Shown here one piece after another: positions 9,469 through 18,900 of a stretch of DNA of 41,517 nt (position 1 is the stretch's first letter; every line of letters begins with the position of its first letter). The position numbers and the translations under genes are program-made. The stretch covers positions 1-41,517 of the forward strand of contig NIVC01003925.1 of NCBI GenBank assembly GCA_002269645.1, written 5' to 3'. The notes below the pieces were generated by a model. It was not told the origin of the DNA. It ran no database searches and saw only the letters and a list, made by a program, of their open reading frames with translations. Source of the stretch: Macrostomum lignano (taxonomy: Eukaryota).

Positions 9469-10258
9469 CCTACTACTAGTAGAAGTAGTAGTTTAGAGTG
9501 AATATCTTTAGCGATAGAAAATTTCAATTTACGAAGCTTCGTAAACTCTTTAATGAAAAAACAGAAAATACTAAAATATGTTTTTAACCTACTGCTAGTA
9601 GAAGTAGTAGTTTAGAGTGAATATCTTTAGCGATAGAAAATTTCAATTTACGAAGCTTCGTAAACTCTTTAATGAAAAAACAGAAAATACTAAAATATGT
9701 TTTTAACCTACTGCTAGTAGAAGTAATAGTTCAGAGTGAATATCTTTAGCGACAGAAAATTTCAATTTACGAAGCTTCGTAAACTCTTTAATGAAAAAAC
9801 AGAAAATACTAAAATATGTTTTTAACCTACTGCTAGTAGAAGTAATAGTTCAGAGTGAATATCTTTAGCGATAGAAAATTTCAATTTACGAAGCTTCGTA
9901 AACTCTTTAATGAAAAAACAGAAAATACTAAAATATGTTTTTAACCTACTGCTAGTAGAAGTAGTAGTTTAGAGTGAATATCTTTAGCGACAGAAAATTT
10001 CAATTTACGAAGCTTCGTAAACTCTTTAATGAAAAAACAGAAAATACTAAAATATGTTTTTAACCTACTGCTAGTAGAAGTAATAGTTCAGAGTGAATAT
10101 CTTTAGCGACAGAAAATTTCAATTTACGAAGCTTCGTAAACTCTTTAATGAAAAAACAGAAAATACTAAAATATGTTTTTAACCTACTGCTAGTAGAAGT
10201 AATAGTTCAGAGTGAATATCTTTAGCGACAGAAAATTTCAATTTACGAAGCTTCGTAA
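9469..10258. repeat. 119-bp tandem array, ~6.6 copies, each with the perfect 18-bp palindrome TTTACGAAGCTTCGTAAA
   Basis: Unit starts at 9469, 9588, 9707, 9826, 9945, 10064 and 10183; only a few variable positions. Confidence 0.97.
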
Positions 10259-10429
10259 GCATACAAAAGACAATCAAGATTCAAAGAAAATTTAGATTTT
10301 TTTCAAAGGGTAAGGACCCTGCGCTGATGATTTAAAGTTTTAGGGATCTGGTAGCACGTTGCGGATTGAATGTGTGGAGAAGAATGCAGATTATTTTCTG
10401 ATTGTTTCGAAGATGCTATGGGTGGATGT

Positions 10430-10742
10430 CGGTGGATTATGTAGGACACCTGCTATGCTCTGATTCTGTCGTGGAGGAAGGAGGATAGGTTAGGAGGATT
10501 ATGGATGACGTTTTGTGAGCGAGTTTTTCTGATTCTGTCAGGGATAATATGGATGGATTTAGGAGGATTATGTTCGAAGTTTTCGGAACAAGTAGGACAC
10601 CTGTTATGCTCTGATTCTGTCAGGGATAATATGGATGGATTTAATGGGATTATGGAGGACGTTTTGTGAGCGAGTGCGACCCCCCTTTTTTCTGATTCTG
10701 TCAGGGATAATATGGATGGATTTAGGTGGATTATGGAGGACG
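10430..10742. repeat. Degenerate subterminal repeats (CTGATTCTGTCAGGGATAATATGGATGGATTT x3 plus partial; GTTTTGTGAGCGAGT x2; GTAGGACACCTG x2)
   Basis: Direct inspection; position is consistent with the interior of a Polinton TIR. Confidence 0.75.
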
Positions 10743-11199
10743 TGAAAAATTTTGTCCCAGAAGCCCCCTCATGCCTTCTACTGCCCTCGAAGGCAGGTGC
10801 AAATAACAGCACCTGCACCGGCTGTGAACAGTACGACTCGGTACAGACGATGTAGCCTGTCAGGTGAAGTTGCCACGACACCCTCTGGCAGTCATGCAAA
10901 GCGTCAGATGTGCCTCACTGAAAGACAGCCCAGGCGAGCCTGTATTTAAAAAAGTGCAGATTTGCAGCCAATTCGTGCACTGATCGAACCAGTAGCATCC
11001 TGGTGTAAAAAGTAGGCTCGAGCGGACATCTTTCCGACCCGACGGGTCTTTGGGAGGGGTGCGTCGGCTATGGAAGAAACATTCCTAGTTTTTACGATAA
11101 ATCACATTCCAAAGGGGCTAAATTACAGCTACTTGATGGTTAAGAATCACTCGCTGACTCGCTGACCTACCTGCCCATTCGTCATCAATTGCGCTCCGA

Positions 11200-11685
11200 T
11201 CTCCATGGATGAAGTCTCCAAGGCCCTAAGAACCATGCGGGCTGATGCAGCAGCGGGAATCGATGATATCCCACCGCGTGTCCTGAAGAGCCCGAGCTGC
11301 TGCCTATCATCACCGGAATCCTCAACCGCTACTGCTGTCTGGGCGGGGACTCAACTGCTAGTGCCCCAGAGCGATGGAGAACTCTAGCGGCCTCGACAAC
11401 TTGCGTGACATCGCCCTGGAGTGCACTCTGACCAAAGTCCTCAACACCATTCTTCGAAACCGCATTCAACCCATCATCAACCAGGGCTTCTCAACATCCA
11501 GAGCTGCTTTCGACCTGGACGGTCAACAGAAGAGCAAATCGCAGCGATCCGGTTTATCATTGACACCTGTGAGCCTCTCCAGAAATGTGGTCTCAGTTGT
11601 CTTTGTAGATTTCTGCAAAGCTTTTGACTCCGTCAGCCGGGCGACCATTGCCTGGCTCCTCCAGCAGCATGGAGTTTCTCAGCTG
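11200..11685 (+). pseudogene. Non-LTR retrotransposon RT fragment (N-terminal RT domains), frameshifted
   Basis: EVSKAL..M...AAGIDDIP, R.IAL.CTLTKVLNTILRNRI, FRPGRST.EQI..IR.II and VFVDFCKAFDSVSR spread over three frames. Confidence 0.8.
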
Positions 11686-11701
11686 CACAGCTATGAAGTG
11701 G

Positions 11702-11880
11702 TGCCTCGCCGTAGCTCCCGCTTTCCATGTGCCAAGCTGACCTGCCTCGCCGTAGCTCCCGCTTTCCGTGTGCCAAGCTGACCTGCCTCGCCGTAGCTCC
11801 CGCTTTCCCTGTGCCAAGCTGGCCTGCCTCGCCGTAGCTCCCGCTTTCCGTGTCAATAGCTGACCTGCCTCGCCGTAGCC
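11702..11880. repeat. 41-bp tandem repeat, ~4.4 copies
   Basis: TGCCTCGCCGTAGC recurs at about 41-bp spacing from 11702 to ~11867. Confidence 0.92.
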
Positions 11881-12346
11881 AAGGCTCGCTACACCACTCT
11901 GGCTCACACTCTGAAAGCCGTAGTGCTCCATGATACAGTAAGACGAGTATAGGGCAATTGTTGCTATGTAGTTTATAACTGAAGTGACGGTTGTTTGGTT
12001 GTGAGCTGGGTAACTGTGGGGGGCTTGTTTATTTAACTTCGCTTTGTCACCTTGTTTGCAGCTTGCGATCTGCGTGTACTCAGTAAATCATTGTGTACTC
12101 TATACGTACTCTACTCTGTTCCACGTGCATCATTGCGCTAGCCATTGCCTCGCCCCTAAAGTCTTTACCATTTTGTACTCTCTCCACTCACAGTGTCAGT
12201 GCATCTGTGAAATCCAATATTTACAATATTTAAGCTATTTCTCTCGGTCTTCAACTCGTCAAGTACCTAGGCTATTTTACAAATATATCGCAAGCATTCA
12301 AATTCGTTATTAAACAACAATCAGCTCCTGATTTCGCGTCACGTCA

Positions 12347-15300
12347 ATGGCGTCGCAAGCAGGCAAAATTCGGAGTCAAGAACTCAACCTCAACGATCCC
12401 GAACTCGCTGAGGCATGGATGCAGCAGCTTTCCGCCACGGCCCGCAATAAGAAACTTACGGACACGGACGAAGCGCGGGATAAGACTGACTTGTTCCTGT
12501 CCAAGGCTGGACTACAGGCGATCCGGACGCTGTCTCTGATGGCCGCACCAAAAAAGCTGGAGGCACTCAAATTTAGCAAAATCGAGACACTAGTAACAGC
12601 AACAATCCGGCCTAAGAAAAGGCTGGTCATCGCTGAGCGCACCAGATTTCTAAGCCTCAAACAAGAGCCAGGTGAATCGATCAGCACTTACTACCGTCGG
12701 CTTCGAGCAGCGGCGGCGCTGTGCGAATTCGAGGAGCTTGGGGCCAAGCAGTCCAAAGAAAACGACCTCATCGCAATGAGACTGCTCGACGGCCTTGCCT
12801 CTCCCGAACACAAGAAGAGGATTTTGGAGCGGCTCCAAAAGGCGAAGAAAAACTTCTTGACGATATCCTGCAAAACCTGCAGCAGCTCAAACAAATCCAA
12901 CAGTACAATAAAGGCACGACCAACACCGCTTCATCAGGCGCGCCCGTTCCCCTGGAGATCGCTTTTGCAGGTCAACCAAGAACGGCCGGTGCGGCAGCCA
13001 AGTCCTCAGGAGCGGCCGGTAAAGGCAGGTGCTATTACTGCGGTACAACTCACCCCAAAGGCAGTTGCCCGGCTTTCGGTCAGAGGTGCACCAAGTGTAA
13101 ACGAAAGAATCATTTTGCGGCGGTCTGCAGATCCAGAGAAGTGCACTTGACCCAAGAAGAATCAACAAGCGATCGTGAGAATCAAGACCAAGAGCCAGCC
13201 GACATTTTCGTGGTCGCTCCAGGGCGTAGCAACGGACTCTTTCACGAGGCGAAGATCAATGGTCGGACCCTGCCCATGCAGATTGACACAGGGGCCGAGG
13301 TGAGTCTACTTCCGCAAAATCTGTGGGTCAAGCTCGGCCTCCCTTCTCTCAAAAGGTGCAGGCGAACACTCAGGCAGTACGACGGATCCAGCATTTCCTG
13401 TCTAGGAGAATTCACTGCCTCCCTAGAAACCGACACCAACTTTGTCACACTGGACTTAATCGTCACGGAGGCCAGCAAGCCACATGGACTGCTGGGAATG
13501 GACGTCATCAAGCTGCAAGGGGACGCTATTACAATCAACGCTGTCGGCCAGCTAGGATGTCTCAAAAACTTCAAAGCCAAGATTCGCCTTGTTGACGGAG
13601 TAAAACCGTTTTACTGCGCAGCCAGGCCCGTTCCCATTCACCTGCGAGACCGGGTTAATGAGGAACTCAAGCGAATGGAGGCTGAGCAGATAATTGAACC
13701 TGTTCCAGCCAGAGGGAGTCAGTGGGCCTCACCAATTGTCAGTGTGCTGAAACCTAACGGAAAGGTGCGCGTCTGTGCTGACTTCAAAGCAGGAGTTAAT
13801 CACCAGGTGTGCAATGATACATACCCAATGCCTGAGATGGAGACAATCTTTGCGGAGACCTCTGGAATGTCGCACTTCTCCAAAATCGACCTCTCGGATG
13901 CATATTTGCAGATAGAGCTTGACGAAGACAGCAGAGAAATCACCACAATCGCCACACCTTTGGGCCTCTATCGCTATAAGCGTCTCGTTCCAGGCCTCAA
14001 ATCAGCATCATCTATCTTTCAAAAGGCAATGGAATCAGTCCTTGCCGACATCACCGGCAAGATAGTTTATCAGGACGACATTCTTCTCGGCGGAAAATCT
14101 GACTCAGAGATCGACTCAAAAGTCAAAAACGTCATAGCTACCCTAAAGAAGGCAGGAATGTCAATCAACTTGGAAAAATCAACCCTCAAGGCTAGGGAGG
14201 TCTCATTTCTCGGGTACAGAGTCAGCGAGAGAGGAATTTCTCCTGATCCAAATTTGGTCGATCGGATCCGCGCCGTCAAGACTCCGGAAGACAAGAAGCA
14301 ACTAGAATCTTTTCTTGGTCTTGCCAACTTCTTTGGCAGATTCGTTCGCAACTACTCACAGATCATCGAGCCACTCAACCGGTTACGAACCAAGAACGCA
14401 AGGTTCAGTTGGGGACCCGATCAGACTCAGGCCTTCGAGCGAATCAAAGCCATTCTTAGCAGTGCGCCAGTCCTACAGCCCTACGACAAGACCAAAGAGA
14501 CGACTCTTACCACAGATGCAAGTGAGAGGGCCATCGCCGCTGTGCTCACCCAAAACGGCCACCCGGTTATATACCTTAGCAGACGGTTGAGCAGCAGGGA
14601 GTCGCGCTATTCGAATATCAAAAGAGAGGCCCTCGCCATCGTTTGGGCGATGGAACGCGCCAAGCAATTCCTTCTCGGTGCCCGATTCACTCTACGGACA
14701 GATCATCGGCCTCTAGAGTTTCTCTTCGGAGCGCGGCGGCAACTTCCAAAGGTGGCGAACGCTCGGCTACTTCGCTGGGCGATCAAGCTAATGGCCTTCG
14801 ATTTTGACACGATCTACACAAAAGGTGAGCACATTCCGCACGCTGATGCCCTCTGTCGCCTTGACTGCAACGGTGAACTATCCAAATCAGAACCTGCTGC
14901 CTTGGAAGGTCTGGTTCATTGGGCAGGCGGCCCGGTGATTCCATGGGAGGAGCTGCAAGCGGAGACCCAGCGCGATCGTCTACTCCAAGATATTGCTGAG
15001 CGAGTCGCATCAAGCAGATGGTCAGGATGCTCCCCAGCTGAGAGGCCGTACAAGTCAGTTCGCCATGCCTTAGTGATAGACGACGGCATTCTCTGCTACG
15101 GTGATCGACCAGTGATTCCTGCGGCACTCAGGCAGCGCGTCCTGGATCAGGTACACAATGACTCGCATCAGGGAACCATGGCAACTCTCTCACTCATCCG
15201 CAACTCGGCCTGGTGGCCAGGATATTGCACGGACGTGGAGCGGCACGTACGCAACTGCCCCACCTGCACGCGAATTCGGCCCTCTGGCACACCTACGGTA

Positions 15301-15347
15301 CATCAGTGGCCAAAGGAAGACGAGCCGTGGCATCGCGTGCATATGGA
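12347..15347 (+). CDS. Gypsy gag-pol polyprotein (Gag, 2 Zn knuckles, protease, RT, RNase H, integrase Zn finger); 1-nt frameshift at ~12850, truncated
   Basis: AER.RF..LKQEPGES, CYYCGTTH...C / CTKCKRKNHF..VC, IDTGAEVS, DLSDAYLQ, YQDDIL, TDASERAI, H..SHQG...CPTC. Confidence 0.93.
12348..12363 (+). promoter_or_regulatory. Primer-binding site TGGCGTCGCAAGCAGG, probably for a tRNA-Ser
   Basis: TGG one base after the inferred LTR end; its complement CCTGCTTGCGACGCCA resembles tRNA-Ser 3' ends. tRNA identity is inference. Confidence 0.6.
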
Positions 15348-15998
15348 AGCTGAGATTGCAGAAATCAGCTCGGCCCTTGCCAGCCGGGTAGTGCAGGTAG
15401 CTCGGCTCTGAGCTGTTGAGCCTCCAGCTGTTCCCGAACTCAAACAGCTGCCTCTCGGAGCTGCCAGCTGGCAGGACGCTGCCGTTTCTCAGTTTGAATC
15501 CGCTCGCGTCGCTGTTGCCCAGCAACCCGTCCAGTCCGCTCGGGTATTTTCCTGCCAAGTCCAGTTGAACGCCGACTCTGAGCGAGCTCGTCTCCATGGT
15601 AACGGTGACGCTGACGCCGGTAGACTCGTCGACAATGTCGATGGTGCTGTTGTCGGGGACCTCCAGCCGGTAGCTGTCCAGTCTGGTCGCGTTGCTCAGC
15701 GCCGCCAGCTCGCCCCTGACGCTGCCGATCCGACGTCCGTCGCTGCTGAAGACGTCGAGGTCGTCGAAGCTTTCGTTGCGGATCACCGACACGGCCAGCT
15801 CGTTGAGGCCGGACTTCAGCGCGACGCCGACGAAGGCCGTGGCGGCTCCACCGCTGACTGGCGCGGTGCGCGCTTGCAGCCGCAGCGTCGGTGAGTTCGG
15901 CCACCGCTCGCTGGTGAGCAGGTGGTACTCGCAGTGACCGTTGAATGTGTAGCTGCGGTTCGAGAGCGTGCTCAGGTGGGGGTCGCCTCGGTTGAAGC
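15348..15998 (-). CDS. Exon 8: VWD domain (GDPHLSTLSNRSYTFNGHCEY...GLLGN...FEFGNSW), cut off at the Gypsy junction
   Basis: GDPH...YTFNG.GEY and GLLGN are VWD hallmarks; CTCCAG acceptor at 15999-16000; no donor before the junction. Confidence 0.88.
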
Positions 15999-18900
15999 CT
16001 GGAGATCGGAGGTTGGTTTTTTGGTTTGATGCTTAGTTGCTCAGGTTTTGGTTTGATGCTCAGTTGGTTAGGTTTTGTTTTGATGCTTAGTTGCTCAGGT
16101 TTTGGTTTGATGCTTAGTTGCTCAGGTTTTGGTTTGGTGCTTAGTTGCTCAGGTTTTGGTTTGATGCTTAGTTGCTCAGGTTTTGGTTTGATGCTTAGTT
16201 GCTCAGGTTTTGGTTTGATGCTTAGTTGCTCAGGTTTTGGTTAGATGCTTAGTTGCTCAGGTTTTGGTATGATGCTTAGTTGCTCAGGTTTTGGTATGAT
16301 GCTTAGTTGCTCAGGTTTTGGTATGATGCTTAGTTGCTCAGGTTTTGGTTAGATGCTTAGTTGCTTAGGTTTTGGTTTGATGCTTAGTTGCTCAGGTTTT
16401 GGTGTGATGCTTAGTTGCTCAGGTTTTGGTGTGATGCTTAGTTGCTTAGGTTTTGGTTAGATGCTTAGTTGCTTAGGTTTTGGTTTGATGCTTAGTTGCT
16501 CAGGTTTTGGTTAGATGCTTAGTTGCTTAGGTTTTGGTTTGATGCTTAGTTGCTTAGGTTTTGGTTTGATGCTTAGTTGCTCAGGTTTTGGTTTGATGCT
16601 TAGTTGCTCAGGTTTTGGTTAGATGCTTAGTTGCTTAGGTTTTGGTTTGATGCTTAGTTGCTCAGGTTTTGGTTAGATGCTTAGTTGCTTAGGTTTTGGT
16701 TTGATGCTTAGTTGCTCAGGTTTTGGTTAGATGCTTAGTTGCTTAGGTTTTGGTTTGATGCTTAGTTGCTCAGGTTTTGGTTAGATGCTTAGTTGCTTAG
16801 GTTTTGGTTTGATGCTTAGTTGCTCAGGTTTTGGTATGATGCTTAGTTGCTCAGGTTTTGGTTAGATGCTTAGTTGCTTAGGTTTTGGTTTGATGCTTAG
16901 TTGCTCAGGTTTTGGTTAGATGCTTAGTTGCTTAGGTTTTGGTTTGATGCTTAGTTGCTCAGGTTTTGGTTAGATGCTTAGTTGCTTAGGTTTTGGTTTG
17001 ATGCTTAGTTGCTCAGGTTTTGGTATGATGCTTAGTTGCTTAGGTTTTGGTTAGATGCTTAGTTGCTTAGGTTTTGGTTAGATGCTTAGTTGCTTAGGTT
17101 TTGGTTTGATGCTTAGTTGCTCAGGTTTTGGTTAGATGCTTAGTTGCTTAGGTTTTGGTTTGATGCTTAGTTGCTTAGGTTTTGGTTTGATGCTTAGTTG
17201 CTCAGGTTTTGGTTAGATGCTTAGTTGCTTAGGTTTTGGTTTGATGCTTAGTTGCTCAGGTTTTGGTTAGATGCTTAGTTGCTTAGGTTTTGGTTTGATG
17301 CTTAGTTGCTCAGGTTTTGGTATGATGCTTAGTTGCTTAGGTTTTGGTTTGATGCTTAGTTGCTCAGGTTTTGGTTAGATGCTTAGTTGCTTAGGTTTTG
17401 GTTAGATGCTTAGTTGCTTAGGTTTTGGTTTGATGCTTAGTTGCTTAGGTTTTGGTTTGATGCTTAGTTGCTTAGGTTTTGGTTTGATGCTTAGTTGCTC
17501 AGGTTTTGGTTTGATGCTTAGTTGCTCAGGTTTTGGTTTGATGCTTAGTTGCTCAGGTTTTGGTTTGATGCTTAAAAATGTCCTAAAGCAGTTGAGCCGC
17601 AATACGCTGGAGCTGCCAAAAGTGAATAAATAAATGAAATTACTCAATATATGTGTACCCAGATCTAAAGTTAAAGCAAAGCAGTTACCTCCAGCTGGTG
17701 GTTGGTAGTGCTGGCTGGTGCACACGGGTCTTACGGCAGAATAAGCGGACATCATTCCGGCAGCTGAGCAGATTTTTTGGCCATATAATTCATCCTGACG
17801 AAACCAGAAGCCATATCGAATTTTATCACTTGTGCTGTTCCGAAAGAAGTACATTGCGTGTCCGGCACCGTCTGAGCTGCTGCTGATGAGGTGGCCAGCT
17901 GCAAATGATGCTGTTTTATTAATTCTGTTGTGTGCGCACTTTGCAGTACGGAGTGCACTCTGTCCTCCAGACTGTATGAGTCACCCATGCGTCCCCTTTT
18001 TCGTGGTTTACGCGAGTCACCCCTCCCCTGCTTGAGTTGCCCTCCCCTTGGCGGGGTGTTTGGCTGGATCGGTGGTTGGGTGGTAGGTGGGCTTGTGGTC
18101 TTCCCCCTCCGCAGGCAATGGCTATTTTGCGGCTCCCGCCGGGTTTTTAGGCGGTGCTTTTCTTTCTGCGTCTCCTCTCTGCGTTTTGGTGAAGTTTACT
18201 ACACCTTTTCATTTTCAGTTTGAACTACCGGTGTTAGAGTTTAGGATCTCCGCGTTTTAGGGTCTCCGGCCCGGAGATCACAAACTGAAAATTGTGTCAT
18301 TTTAAGATCGCCAACACGGAGATCGGAAACCGGAGATCCTAAACCAGGACTTTGTTTTTGCGGCCCTGACGGAGAGCTGAAACTGGTTTAGAGTCTCCTG
18401 GGGGGAGATCAGAAACTGGTTTAAGATCTCCGGGTGCGGAGACCTAAAAATGCCCCGGAGACCCTTAAACGGTTTCAGATCTCCTACCCCGGAGACCCAT
18501 AACCGTTAGAAGTCTCCAGGGCCCATAACCAATAACCAATAACCCAAAACCAATTTTAATTTTCTCGCATCCGATTCCGACGGTTTTTGGTTGGGACAGT
18601 TTCGTCGAAATTCGACAATAGGCATAAATTTTCAACAAACAATCGATCAGTTCCAACAACTGCCAACCAATTCCGTCAAGTGGGGTAGTAAGAGCTTGGT
18701 ATATCGTTTTCCGGTTGAAAATTGCATTCTGCAAATTCAATCCCGACACTATTTAATCCGACACTACTTGTTTGTGAGTCTTGCGTACTCTACTAACCCC
18801 CCCCCCTATTGTCCTTTTCTTTCTCCGTCGCCCATTATATTTCTGTCCCACCCCTCTGGCGCTTGCGTAAGCCTCCCGGTGCCTGATTGGCGGAGGCTCA

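Larger units (their letters stand above)
1..10782. mobile_element. Polinton/Maverick (adintovirus-like) element, right arm; left part lies outside the window
   Basis: pPolB, RVE integrase, adenain protease, ATPase tail, PLA2 and pX-like genes co-occur in an AT-rich, intronless, tightly packed cassette. The right end at ...CCTTCTACT (10774-10782) is inferred from known Polinton AG(T)...(A)CT termini and is not confirmed. Confidence 0.93.
11959..15347 (+). mobile_element. Ty3/Gypsy (Mag-like) LTR retrotransposon, 3'-truncated (no integrase core, no 3' LTR)
   Basis: Candidate 5' LTR TGTTG (11959) to ...CGTCA (12346), PBS, then gag-pol breaking off at WHRVHM in the integrase. Confidence 0.92.

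Noticed and set aside
9469-10258. CRISPR-like array (palindromic repeats at a fixed period)
   Set aside because: The intervening sequences are near-identical rather than unique spacers, there are no cas genes, and the context is eukaryotic.
10781-10825. Two short hairpins (CTGCC/GGCAG; GCAGGTGC/GCACCTGC) at the putative terminus
   Set aside because: Stems of 5-8 bp are compatible with chance and fall mostly outside the inferred end.
10453-10899. 148-aa minus-strand ORF
   Set aside because: It is built from subterminal repeats and crosses the inferred element boundary.
12840-12860. Programmed -1 gag-pol frameshift at G AAA AAC
   Set aside because: It lies mid-Gag before the Zn knuckles, is not a canonical X XXY YYZ heptamer, and Mag-like elements usually have one ORF. 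A 1-nt loss in the A-run is simpler.
15440-15937. Alternative-frame and plus-strand ORFs over the VWD exon
   Set aside because: They are shadows of a GC-rich coding exon; only the GDPH...GLLGN frame has domain motifs.
16026-17633. ORFs (MLSCSGFGL)n and (LSIKPKPEQ)n
   Set aside because: These are translation artefacts of the 27-bp minisatellite lying in an intron.
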